64,000 nucleotides of DNA from Vicugna vicugna (taxonomy: Eukaryota). Numbering within the stretch: the first letter of the stretch is position 1; each line of letters begins with the position of its first letter. The notes beneath the pieces are model-generated. The model ran no database searches, was not told where the DNA came from, and was given only the letters and a program-made list of their open reading frames with translations. Below, piece after piece: positions 26,417 through 38,270 of this stretch. The stretch covers positions 5,152,508-5,216,507 of the forward strand of contig MU058584.1 of assembly GCA_013265495.1 (NCBI GenBank). Direction: 5' to 3'. The position numbers were made by a program, and so were the translations under genes.

Positions 26417-27755
26417 TTTTTCTTCTTAATTGAAATATAGTCAGTCACAGAGTATCAATTTCTGGTAAACAGCATAATGTCCCATTCATGTATATATATT
26501 CGTTTTCATATTCTTTTTCATTAAAGGTTATTATAAGATATTGAATATAGTTCCCTGCGCTATACAGAAGAAATTTGTTTTTTATCTATTTTTATATATA
26601 GTGGTTAACATTTGCAAATCTCAAACACCCAAATTTATCTCTTCCCACCCTCTTTCCTCCGGTAACCATAAGATTGTTTACTATGTCTGTGAGTCTATTT
26701 CTGTTTCATAGATGAGTTCATTAATGTCCTCTTTCTTTTTTCTTTTTTTTAAGAGTCTACTTATGAGTGATCTCATATGGTATTTTTCTTTCTCTTTCTG
26801 GCTTACTGCACTTAGAATGACAATCTCCAGGTTCATCCATGTTGCTGCAAAATGGCATTGTTTCACTCTTTTTATTGTTTAGTAGTACTCAGTGTATAAA
26901 TATACCACAGCTTTTTTATCCAGTCATCTGTTGATGAACACTTAGGTTGCTTCCACGTCTTGGCTATTGTATATACTGTTGCTATAAACATTGGGGTGCA
27001 TGTACCTTTTTGAATTCGAGTTCCCTCTGGATATATCCCCGGGAGTGGGATTGCTGGATCATATGGTAAGTCTATTTTCAGTCTTTTGAGGAATCTCCAT
27101 ACTGTTTTCCACAATGGCTGCACCAAACTACCTTCTAACCAGCAGTGAAGGAGGGTTCCTTTTTCCACACCCTCTCCAGCATTCATTGTTTGTGGACTTT
27201 TGAATGATGACCATTCTGACTGGTGTGAGGTAGTTCTGATTTGCATTTCTCTGGTAATTAGTGATATTGAGCATTTTCCATGTGCTTATTGGTCATTTGT
27301 GTGTCTTCATCAGAGAATTGCTTGTTTAGGTCTTCTGCCCATTTTTGGATTGGGTGGTTTGGTTTTTTGTTGTTGTTGTTGTTGTTAAATTTTATGAGCC
27401 ACTTATATATTCTAGAAATTAAGCCTTTGTCAGTCACATTATTTGCAAATATTTTCTCCCATTCTGACAGCTGCATGTAAATCAATGAAGTTAGAACACT
27501 CCCTTACACCATACACAAAAATAAACTCAAAATGGCTAAAGACTTAAATATAAGACAGTACACTATAAACCTCTTAGAAAAAAACATAGGCAAAACATTA
27601 TCTGATATAAATCTCAGCAATGTTCTCCTAGGGCAGTCTACCCAGGCAATAGGAATAAAAACAAAAATAAACAAATAGGACCTAATTAAACTTGTAAGCT
27701 TTTGCACAGCAAAGGAAACCATAAGCAAAACAAAATGACAACCTACGGAATGGAA
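26417..27755 (-). mobile_element. Twin-primed camelid-type L1: antisense 3' part 26417-27466, inverted sense part 27467-27755
   Basis: ORF 26872-27246 is L1 ORF2 C-terminus ([28 protein letters not shown]); both parts meet at gaatgg in L1 coordinates; TSD tggaaccacacacttt 26404-26419 vs tggaatcatacacttt 27751-27766. Confidence 0.92.
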
Positions 27756-29078
27756 TCATACACTTTGTGTGTGTGTGTACACTTATTTTTCCTAGATCTC
27801 AGGCACTGGGCAGCAAGGATTGTGTAGTGAACTTCTGTTTTATTCCCACTGTGCCCAGCACAGTGCCCAAAGCACACTTGTTGACAAAATCTGCTCCACC
27901 ACTGTAGGAGAGGAAGGGTAGGGCTGAATTATGGGGCAGCATTTGCCTCTGTGGAAATCTTTTCAGGATGTTGGGATGTACCTATTGTCACAATCTCAAG
28001 CTTGACTTGAGGCTAATTAAATATAGTCCCAAGGCTGACTCTAAGTGACAATACATGAGAACTCCAGGCCAAGTGCAAAAGCCCTCAAGCCTGCACAACT
28101 TCACTCCTGCTTTTGCTTGAAGTGTAGCATAGTGGGGAGAAAACTGATTTAGTAATCAAGTCATATTCAAAGTACACTGGGGGATTTTAGATCATGATCC
28201 TACAGTGTCGTAGAAAGACTAAAGACTTGAAACGAGAAGAGTAAGTCCCAGGTCCCAGCCTCATCCTGACTCCCCAAGGACAACAAGAAATGGATGACGA
28301 AATAACATGTGGATATCTCCTTCATCATCTGAAGGAAAGGGAGATTGCGGTCCTCCTCCTAAGGTTAATGTGAGGATCACATCAGGTGAGGGATATGCTA
28401 AAGTGCTTTAAAAACCACAGTCTGTTGTGCAAGTTGTAGGTGTCATTATGAGTTAATGCCCTCCAACAAATAAAAAGCCAAATGCACTCTTCCTCATCTC
28501 CCAAACTTATTTTTATTCCTATTTCCTTTAGGTTCAGGTTCAATTTATAAATTCTCTTAACTCTTATTAAATTAACTGGGCTAATTTGCATGGTGCATTT
28601 TGTCACCGGCATCATTCCAGGCAGCCATGGGCCATTTCTTTGCAATTTAACACTTACCCTTCAAATAATAGCAGCTCATATAGTGATGTTTTATATTTGC
28701 ACAGCATCTCTCCATGTAGAAAGCACCCTTACATCCACACCCAGTGAGAAAAAGCTGGACCACTCACTGATAAACAGCAATTTCCACCTGTTTTCACCTC
28801 TTGTGATAGAGAGCAAAGCTTGAGGAGAGTAATACTCCAGGGAGGGGGCAGCTAGAACTGAAAGCTACTGAATATGAAAGGAGTCACCTGCGAGCACAAG
28901 GACAAATATGAAGGGCATCATGCAGCAGCCCCTCCCACCTTCATCCCCCTCCTGCCTTTGCAGTTGAAACCAAGGAATGTGGTTCCAAACTGCAGGATGA
29001 GCCAAAAGCCTACCCAAGAACAGAGTGTCATCACCCCTGCTGAGCCACAGACGCGTATCGCACGTATCATGCATGTAC

Positions 29079-29169
29079 CTTCCAGTGGCAAGAGTTCCCA
29101 CTCAACACTGAGAAGGTCTGAGAGATCGTCCGTTGCGTACTCTATGGCCTCTAATGCAAAACACACTGC
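29079..29169 (-). other. Candidate internal exon (91 nt) of the minus-strand transcript
   Basis: Acceptor catttcctttcaccag|G, donor AAG|gtacat; local CpG cluster; only one frame is open (AVCFALEAIEYATDDLSDLLSVEWELLPLE). Confidence 0.5.
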
Positions 29170-29769
29170 CTGGTGAAAGGAAATGCTGCCCTGGGATTCA
29201 GCATCCTCCTGGGGCTACTTGGCACTCTGGTTGCAAATCAGGCTCATCTGGAAGATTCGTTAGCATCTTCAGACTGCAGTGGACTTGTGTGTAGAGGCTT
29301 TGGTCCATGTTATCCCTTGAGAAAAGGGAGACCATGCTGAGCACATCTGTTCTTTCTGTACCTGTAGAATATGCATAATTATGTTCAGTCAGCAGTCTGA
29401 AGAATTCATTTAAAACATCCTACACAAATAGCCTAAAATAGTCCAGGGTCTGTCTCCAACAGTCTAATTCCCACCTAGATCTTGAGAAGAACTTGAATTA
29501 ACATTTCTTTATGGTAATTCTCATAATGCCCCAGGGATATTGGATGACTCAGAAATAGGCCTGCACACTAAAACTTTATTTTCTCTGTCTTTTTTTATGA
29601 TTTGATAAGCATTTATTGAGGGCTACCATGATCCAGATCCAGCCTTGTATTGGTGACAACACAGTAATTAGTGTTCAAGCCTGGGAAATTGTTGGTAGGC
29701 CTGAGAAGGGGGTCATAATGCCAGAAATTAGCAATTGAGGGTCAGTCTGTCCATATTTTTGTGGGGAAG

Positions 29770-30000
29770 ACTTGGTGTTCTGGAGTTACACAAACTTGGG
29801 TTTGAAACTTAGCTTTGTCATTTACTATCTGTGTAATTGTGAGCAAATTGTGTAACTTCTCTGAACTCGGTGTTCTCTGTAAAATAGGGATAATTACAGG
29901 AACTTGTAGGGTTGTTGTGGAAGGTTAAAGAACATAATGTGTATAAGCACTTAGGTCAGTGCCTCGTGCACAGGAAGGACTCAATAAATGCTGAAGAAGA
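29770..30000 (+). mobile_element. MIR SINE, near full length
   Basis: ctggagttacacaaacttgggtttgaa...ctgtaaaatagggataat...aagcacttag...ctcaataaatg. Confidence 0.85.
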
Positions 30001-30029
30001 ATATATATTCATTGGAGCCTACTTATTTT

Positions 30030-30660
30030 TATTTTATTTAACTTATTCTACAAAATTTTGCAGGCACTGGGCTAAGGACTGGGAATTAAAAGATGAGTCA
30101 TCTCTGGCTCTAGCTTCTAATTAGCTTAATATGAAATGTGCTCAATAAGGAGGCTATTACCTAAAAATGCAACTGCAATACTGAGCAAGAAGAGCTACAA
30201 CAGAGGTCAGTGGAGGTCAGGATAGATACAGTGCAGTCTGGAGCCACAGAGAAGTTTCCTGGAAGAGTTGGTAAAATAAATTTTGAAGAATGGTTGGGGG
30301 TTATCTGGATAAAGATGTGTGGAGGGGGGTAACAATAAGGGAAGATTATTCCAGATTATTCCAGGAAAAAGCAAAGACGCAGTTATGAAAGTTTGTGGAG
30401 GGAGATCAAAATATTTACCTCATTATGGTCAAGGGCAAGGCTACATTCAGGAAGGAGAGGGCAATGAGGATGTAAATGTAGGTGGAGTTAGGTCACAGAG
30501 GACTTATAGACTGGGACAGGAAGCCCAGGTTAATCTCAACATGGTTTGAGAGATTTGAAAGGTAAGAACATGGTTAAATTTGCATTTTAGGTAGATTATC
30601 TGCATATAAACTGGAGAATCTATTCAAAGGGACAAGACTTGAAGGCCACTTCAGTGGCAG
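30030..30660 (-). mobile_element. L2 fragment
   Basis: caggcactgggctaaggactggg...gaacatggttaaatttgcattttaggtagatta. Confidence 0.6.
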
Positions 30661-30669
30661 TCCTGAAAG

Positions 30670-31410
30670 CACTCTTTCAAGAAATACTTCAGAATTCAAG
30701 CAGAATAAACAGAGAGAGAGAAGGGGTGGGGGGCATATCATATTAAAACTCTTGAAAAATGGAGATTAAGAGGAAGTCTTCAAAGCAGCCAGAGAACAAA
30801 TACGATAGTTCTTAAGAAGCAACGAAACTTACAGTTGACTTCTCAACAAAAATAACGGGTGCCACATTTAAAGCACTGACAGAAAACCACCACCAACCTG
30901 GAATCCTACGCCCAGGGAATACACCACTCAAAACTAAAGATGAAATAAAAACATTTGCATTCACCTCCTGCCTCACCTCTAGGCCTCAGACTATTTATGG
31001 CCAGGACGTGTGCATGAACGTATAACCTAAATAAGTTCTTTGGGATGAATAAATAGAGTCCCAGACAAAGTGTAGAAATGCATAAAGGAATGAAGAGGTA
31101 TACAAAGGAGAAATATGTGGGTGAATAGAATTAACACTGACTATATTCAACAATAAATATCATGTCTTGTAGAGTTTTAATAATATATATAAAACCACAA
31201 CATCAACAGCATAAAGGCGGAAAGGTTAAAAATTGTTAAAGTATTCTAAGGTTTTAAATCTCAGAGTAGTAGTAAAACCATATATTTATATTAGTCACAG
31301 GTGTGTATTGTAATCTCTGTGATAATCACCAAAAGAATAGTTTAAAAAATGTATAGCTAGCAACATTGGGGGGGAAAATTAGAAGTAATAAAAATGCTTG
31401 ATTAATCCAA
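30670..31410 (+). mobile_element. Ancient L1 ORF1/inter-ORF fragment
   Basis: tcttcaaagcagccagaga...gacttctcaacaaaaataa...caacctggaatcctacgcccagg. Confidence 0.65.
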
Positions 31411-31411
31411 A

Positions 31412-31472
31412 AGGAGGAGGAGGAGGAAGAGGAGGAAGAGGGAGAAGGAGAAGGAGGAGAAGGAGAAGGAGA
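31412..31472. repeat. (GGA)n/(GGAGAA)n purine-rich simple repeat
   Basis: Directly visible. Confidence 0.9.
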
Positions 31473-31529
31473 AAGCACAGAACAAGTAATTAAACATAGA
31501 AAATGCATATTAAGATGAAAGATTTTACC

Positions 31530-33920
31530 TTACATTCCAAAGATACACTGAAAAACAGAACAAGATATCCAAGAACCGTGGAACACCTACAAAAGGTATA
31601 ATACATATGTAATGAGAATATCCAATGGAGAAGAAAGAAAGAAAAAAAAAAAGGAACACTTCAAACAATAATGACACGGAATCTCCCCCAAATTAATGTT
31701 GAATACCAAATCACAGATCCCTAAAGTTTAGAGAACACCAAGGAAGGTAAATGCCAAAAAAAAAAAAGAAAGAAAAAAGAAAAGAAAAAACTATCTTGGC
31801 ATCATAATTCAGTTTAGAAAATCAGAGATAAAGAAAAAATCCTGAAAGCAGCCAGAAGAAAAGAACACCTTACTTACAAAGGAGCAAAGAAAAAAAAAAC
31901 AAAACACATCTGATTTCTCCTCAGAAGCCATGCAAGCAAGAACAGAGTGCAGGGAAATGTTTAAAGTGTTGAGAGAAAAAAAGCACCAACCTAGGATTCT
32001 GTACCCTGTGGAATTATCCTTCAAAAGTGAAGGAGAAATAAGACTTTCTCAGACAAACAAAAATTGAGGGTACTTGTCACCAATAGACCTCCCTTTCAAG
32101 AAATGTTGAAAGCAGTTCTTCAGAGAGAAAGAAAATGATACAGGTCAGAAACTTGGATCTACATAAAGAAAGGAAGAGCACTGGAGAATGGATAAATAAA
32201 AGTTAAAATTTTTTAAAATTACCTTTCTTATTGTTAATTGATCTAAAAGATATCAGTTCATTCAAAATAATAACAACAATACATTCAATTGTATATACTT
32301 ACATGTAAGTTAAATGAATGACAGCAGTGATATAGGGATTGGAAGGAGGAATTAGAAATATATTGTTATTATAAGATACTTGTATTACCCATGAAATGGT
32401 AGAATATCATTTGAAAGTAGGCTTGGATTAGTTATAAATGTATACTGCAAACTCTAGGACAACCACTAAAAACAGTATAAAAAGAATTATATGCTAAGAA
32501 ATGAGAGAAAATGGAATTATACAAAATGCTGAATTAAAACCACAAAAGAAAAAAAAGCATGGAAGACAAAAATAGAAACAAAGAACAATGGCAACAGATA
32601 GAAAATACTAACAATTACAATAGATACAATCCCATTATATCAATAACCACTTTACACATCAATGGTCTAAATATCCCAATTAAATGACAGAGATTGTTAG
32701 AGATCAAAAAACAAGATGCAACTATATATAGTCTACAAGAAATTCAATTTAAATATAAAGAAACATATAGATTAAACGTAAATGAATGAAGACTGATATA
32801 CCATGCTAACACTAAATAAAAAAAAGCAGAAGTAGCTATATTAATTTCAGACAAAGAAGACACTGGAGCAAGAAATGTTGTCAGGGATAAACAAGGGCAT
32901 TTCATAATGATAAGGAAGTCAATACTCCTAGAAGACATAACAATCTTTTATCTGTATGCACTGAACATCAGAGTGTCAGAATACAAGAGGCAAAAACTAA
33001 TAGAGCTGTAAGAAGATATATATAAACCCACTATCATAACTGGAGACGTTAACCTCTCTGTCAGAAGTTGACATATCCAGTAGGCAGATAACCAGTAAGT
33101 CAAACTCAACAGCACCATCAATGAACTGGACATAATTGGTATCTCTAAGCTACTTTATCCAGTATCAGTAGATTACACATTCTTCTCAAGATCACATGGA
33201 ACATTGACAAAGATAGACCACATTGTGGTTTATAAAACTCAACAAATCTGAAAGAATAGAAATCATAAAAAGTCTTCTCTCAGATCACAGTGAAATTAAA
33301 CTGGAAACCAATGAAAGAAAGACAGCTGGAAAATCTCCAAATACTTGATGGTTAAGCAACATATTTCCAAATAACATATGGGTCGAAGAAAAAGACTAAA
33401 GAAATATTTATGAAAACATAACATCACGATTTGTGGGATGCAGCATAACCAATGCCTAGAGGGAAATGTATAACACTGAATGCATATATTAGAAAAGAAG
33501 AAAGATCTAAAGTCGGTCATCCAAGCTTCCACCTTAGGAAATTAGAAAAAGAAGACCAATTTAAACCCAAATTAAGCAGAATAAAATATATAATAAAAAT
33601 TAGAGCAGAAATAAATGAAATCAAAACCAGGAAGTTAACAGAGAAAAACAACAAAATCAAAAGCTATTTATTTGAAGAGATCAATAAAACTGATAGACAG
33701 GTTAACTAAGATAAAAAGAGAGGACACAAATTACTGATATCAGAAATGAAAGAGGGGACATCACTAAAGAGCCCAGGGAAATTCAAAGAATAATGAAGGA
33801 ATACTCTGGACAAGTCTATGCCAATAAATTTAATGATGAAATGAATCAATTCCTTGAAAGACACCACCTGCCAAAACTCACACAAGAAGAAACAGATCAT
33901 TTTAATAATCCTGAAGATGA
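31530..33920 (+). mobile_element. Old L1 (L1MC/MD-like): ORF1 3' half through ORF2 endonuclease region, disrupted
   Basis: ORF 33452-33709 (RGKCITLNAYIRKEERSK...KIRAEINEIK) and ORF 33793-33996 (YANKFNDEMNQFLERHHLPKLTQEE) are L1 ORF2 homologues broken by frameshifts. Confidence 0.9.
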
Positions 33921-34479
33921 ACAAATTTGGAACACCTACCCTCCAAAAATTAAGGCATATCATAAAGTCATTTATAATTTGCATAGTTTATTGTGAGTAT
34001 GATATTTTAAAAATTTTAGAGATCAGGAGGAATGAGGAATAAGAAAAGACAACAGGTTTTAGTAATTAGTATGTCAACAGTTATCTTTAAGAGAACCATT
34101 TTCAGGAGAGGTGAGGGGTAACCAGGCTGCTAGAGATTAAAATAATTAACCTGTGGTAAAATATACAAAGCAGCTTTTTTAGGGGAAAAAAATGGTGAGA
34201 AAGGAAAAGAGGAAGATAAAATACCCCATTTAAGGGGCAGCAGAATTAGGAGAAGGATTTGATTTTCTAGAATAGAGGAAACTATAATTTTAAGCAGAGT
34301 CACTCAGAAAAGAACATGCAGAATGGAAAATTAACAATTGATAAGAATTGGTTTGACAGAAATAAAAGGAAATGAGATTAAATATATCAGATTAAAAAAG
34401 GAGAATTCTTCATGCTCTGAAACAGAAGACAAGAGTAGAGAGAGGTAAGAAGATAGAGACATTTTGAAATTAAGAGCAA

Positions 34480-34673
34480 ATGGATAACTATTACATATAA
34501 AACAGACAAGTTTCTACTGTATAGCACAGGGAACTACACTCAATATCTTGTAGCAATCTCTAACAAAAAAGAACATGAAAAGGAATACATGTATGTACAT
34601 GGATGACTGACACATTATGCTGTACACCAGAAATTGACACAACATTGTAAACTGCCTATACTTCAATAAAAAA
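34480..34673 (+). mobile_element. Short camelid-type L1 3' end
   Basis: tgtatagcacagggaactacactcaatatcttg...gctgtacaccagaaattgacac...tatacttcaataaaaaa; same 3' UTR as the L1s at 14.6 kb and 26.5 kb. Confidence 0.9.
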
Positions 34674-35845
34674 GGAGCAAGCTGAGACTCTCATATCAGA
34701 TGGTCTGAAAAAATTAGACTAGAAGCATAATAGGGTGCATAATAGGGTTTCTCAGTTAGCATGTCTTAAATGAATGAATAAGTGAATCATTTCAATTACT
34801 TATAGTGAATAAGTTATAAGTTACTTACAGTGAATAAGGAGGCAGTGGTAGGTGAAGAAGAAATATAGATACAAGAAAAATAAAAACCTTATATATGCAG
34901 TAGGGTGTCAACTGGAGATAAACGAAAGAATTGCTCCATATCTGGGGGCCCAGCTGAAGGTAGAAATATTTAGAGAAAATAGTTAGCCCGTGCACTGTTT
35001 TACTTTATTTTGCAACACTCACTAGATTAGGAGCAGAAATGGAGCACATACATAGTGATGCTGTTTAACCAGATGTGGAGATATTTGAGGTAGAAAAACA
35101 GGTAGAAGGACTCTGGGTGTGGATCACTGATGTCCCAAAAAGAGTAACTGACATAAATGAGCATTAGGTCCAGCTTATTAGATGGCAAGTGAAGAGAGAA
35201 CAACAGAGAGAGACTGAGAGAAGGAGAGAAAGACAGAGAGGCAGAGGGACAGAGAGAGACAGAGTCAGAGAGAGACACCTGAGGCCTGAAGATTCTGGTG
35301 AAGGCGAAGACCAGTGAGTGAGTGGGAAGAAGCAGGCAGGTAGGATGGTAAAGAACTGCTGTCAAAGAGGAGGATTTCAGAGTCTGAAGTCTTGGAGCTG
35401 GGGCAGAAAAGAGTCAACCCTCTGTACAGCCAAGGTGTGACCATTCTTTGTTTTGGCAAGAACACTAACAGAATAAGTCAAAGAGGAGACCTGTCATGCT
35501 GAAGTCACCGTGTAAAGACAGAGGAGCTGTAAGACACACAAGATTAGAAGGATTCAACAACAGCAAGTTGTCTAAAGGAGACAGTACAGAGGGTGGTCCC
35601 ATGAGGTGTATTACAAAGGGATCCAGAGAAAGGGGAGGTGGGAGTCTGCTGATGTTTAGGGATGGGGAGGATTGGCCCAGGAAGGAAAGTACATGGACAG
35701 GGGAGGTGTGGGAGGCGTAGAGAGTTTATTTCCAGGATGGAATGGCAGTACTGTCTTATGATAACAAAAATCCACCACATTTCCTCTTGGGGAAAACACT
35801 AGACCACATCTCCCAGCCTCCCTTGCAGTTAGGTTATTACTGCAG

Positions 35846-35955
35846 TCATTATTATTATATAATTATATTATAATTATATTAAATAGTTATAATATTATAT
35901 TATATTATATTATATTATATTATATTATATTATATATTATTATTGCATTTATTAT
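35846..35955. repeat. (ATATT)n AT-rich microsatellite
   Basis: Directly visible pentanucleotide periodicity. Confidence 0.9.
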
Positions 35956-36100
35956 TGAAATCAGAACATCTGACTGAGTTCTGGCCAGAGAAATGCACAT
36001 CATTTCCAAAACCCCCCCACAATATCCTCTACTTCCTCTCCTTCATTTGATGGCCCAAAGCAGAAGATCTAGCAGAAGATTCTGCTCTAGGGTCCTAAGA

Positions 36101-36310
36101 AAGGGGATGACAACCTTTCTTAACAGGCAAGATAGTAAATATTTTAGGTTTTCACGGCCAAGAAGCAAAATCAAGGATATTATGCATGCATTTTTATAAC
36201 TCTTTAAAACATAATCATTGAAATAGGCAAAAGTCATTTTTAGCTCATGAGCTGTACAAAAACAAGTAGCAGGGCGATCTGGCCCACAGGCTGTCATCAG
36301 CTGCTCCCCA
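36101..36310 (+). mobile_element. MER58-type hAT-Charlie MITE
   Basis: agatagtaaatattttaggtttt...gctgtacaaaaacaag...tggcccacaggctgt. Confidence 0.75.
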
Positions 36311-36529
36311 CCCAAGGTGGTCATGGAGATTCAGGGTGGGAGGAGCCTGGGTCTCTGAGTGACTGTGTGGAGCGGAGCTTCTCTAGCCACTGCTGACTGG
36401 ACTTCGCCTAGATGAGAAATAAAACCTGTTAGGCTGATGCCCTAAAACTCAGGTGTTGTTTATTTTAGCAGCCAGCCAATTGAGACTGACAGGGAGATGA
36501 GGGAAATTTAGAAGAGGAAGGTGTGCACT

Positions 36530-36772
36530 GAAATAAGGTTTAATATTTGCTATTTGCCAGTCACTGTACGAAGTGTTCACAGGCATTACCACATTTCATT
36601 TTTTAAAAACTAGATGTAGTTACTATTATCATATGCATTTTACAGATGAAGAAAATAGAGCTTAAGCAAGTTGTGCAAGTCATAGAACTAAAAAGTGGTG
36701 AATTTGGACTCAAACCCAAGCTGCTCTGGTTTGAAGCTTGCTCTCTTTAACATTCATGCTGTGCTGCCTCCC
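36530..36772 (-). mobile_element. MIR SINE
   Basis: cattttacagatgaagaaaatagagcttaag...ggactcaaacccaag. Confidence 0.8.
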
Positions 36773-38092
36773 AGAAATGGAATGGGTTGTAGGAGAATGT
36801 GCTGTGTAGGGCCAAATTCTGTTTACTTAATTATTCATCCACTCATTCATAATTCATAACTTGTCTAGATCAAGAATGACGTACATAAGGTTTTGTTATT
36901 TACGAAATGTAAACAAACTGACCCAAAGTTCTAATTAGGAAACTAATATATGGTTGTAACCCCTGGGGAAAATGCCTCGCAGAATCTAGTTATTGCTAAA
37001 GTAAATCCCAGAGATCTTTGAGCAGTAAAATTCCATGCAATAAAATCCTGTAAACCTCTCTCAGATTCTTCTCTCTCTCATTCTTCCCAAGGGCATAACA
37101 AATTTGGTCATCTGTTCTCAGGTGAGTGAGGGGCTATAAAAAAAAACTGTCACACTATCCATGGAGGACCTTATAAGTGACATATTAGTATAAGGACTGC
37201 AAAACTACAAGTGTGCACTTATCTGCATCTAAGCACGGGGCAAATGGTGCCACGCACTTCAATAGCTCCTAAGGTGATCACTGTATTATCAGGGATCGTA
37301 CAATAATTGGCGTTCATAATGAAACTTGATCACTTAGAAAATGTAAAAACATCTATAACTATAATAGTGTTAGAAAAAATATATTTATTCAAATATTCTA
37401 TCAAATAGTCTCAATTTAAAGCTAGGATTGCATTTTTATAAAGATAATAATTGCCTAAAAATTTCATGTATATGACACTTTTCATTCCCTTAAATGTGGG
37501 GAAAACAAGGTATTATCAGGAAGAGTAGATATTTACTTGCTGGCAAACTCTGAATCTAAAATTTAATGAGTTGTCTTTATTGCCCAAGGAATATTGTAAC
37601 TGATAAAATGGCAGGGGCTGGGGGGGGCGGTATGCATACAAAGCAAAACCAATATTCTTGTATTTTTTAATGCAATATAAAAACTTCCAAAACCAACAAT
37701 CCTGATTATTCATTTTTTTCCAAATTAAATTTGAACATCAGCTATCCAGATGCCTTGGGTAAAGGTAGTCTCTGGAAAATTGTGGCAAGAAATTATTTTT
37801 CAGGTCTGCATACACTAGATAATTGGTGTATGTGGAACCAACAAAAAAGGACAAAAGGTGTGAATTACTATGCCCTCACATAAGGTGATATTTCCGATTC
37901 CTCCGTTATGTGTTCAAATCCTTGGAATGTATGTACCATATATCAGCTGCCACACCGTCCCCTGGATTATAGTTATAATACTAATGGGGAAATGAAAAAA
38001 AATGGCCTCGTGGGTTTGCTTTAAGTAGTTTTTAAAAGCTGGAATTATTTAAAACACAATACTAACAACATTTATTGTAAAGAATATGTCCA

Positions 38093-38217
38093 GGGGGAAG
38101 GGTATAGCTCAAGTGGCAGAACACATGCCTAGCATGCAGGAGGTCCTGGGTTCAATCCCCAGTACCTCCATCAGAAATGAATCAGTAAATACACCTAATT
38201 ATCTCCCTCCCCAACCA

Positions 38218-38220
<3 letters not shown>
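38093..38220 (+). mobile_element. tRNA-Ala-derived camelid SINE (Vic-1 type)
   Basis: GGGTATAGCTCAAGTGGCAGA...CCTAGCATG...GGTTCAATCCCCAGTACCTCC, with the same 3' tail structure as the copy at 10288. Confidence 0.88.
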
Positions 38221-38267
<47 letters not shown>

Positions 38268-38270
38268 TAT
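38221..38270. repeat. (TA)n microsatellite
   Basis: Directly visible, at the SINE tail. Confidence 0.95.

Larger units (their letters stand above)
35775..36490 (+). mobile_element. MLT1-like (MaLR) LTR split by an (ATATT)n array and a MER58
   Basis: ccacatctcccagcctcccttgcagttagg...ggaggagcctgggtctctgagtgactgtgtggagc...gagaaataaaa. Confidence 0.65.

Noticed and set aside
28838..28852. CTCF-like motif cagggagggggcagc (also a partial match at about 38770)
   Set aside because: The 5' half does not fit the CCASYAG core; a partial match is expected by chance.
33452..33996. ORFs resembling a real protein
   Set aside because: Frameshifted remnants of L1 ORF2, not a host gene or an active element.
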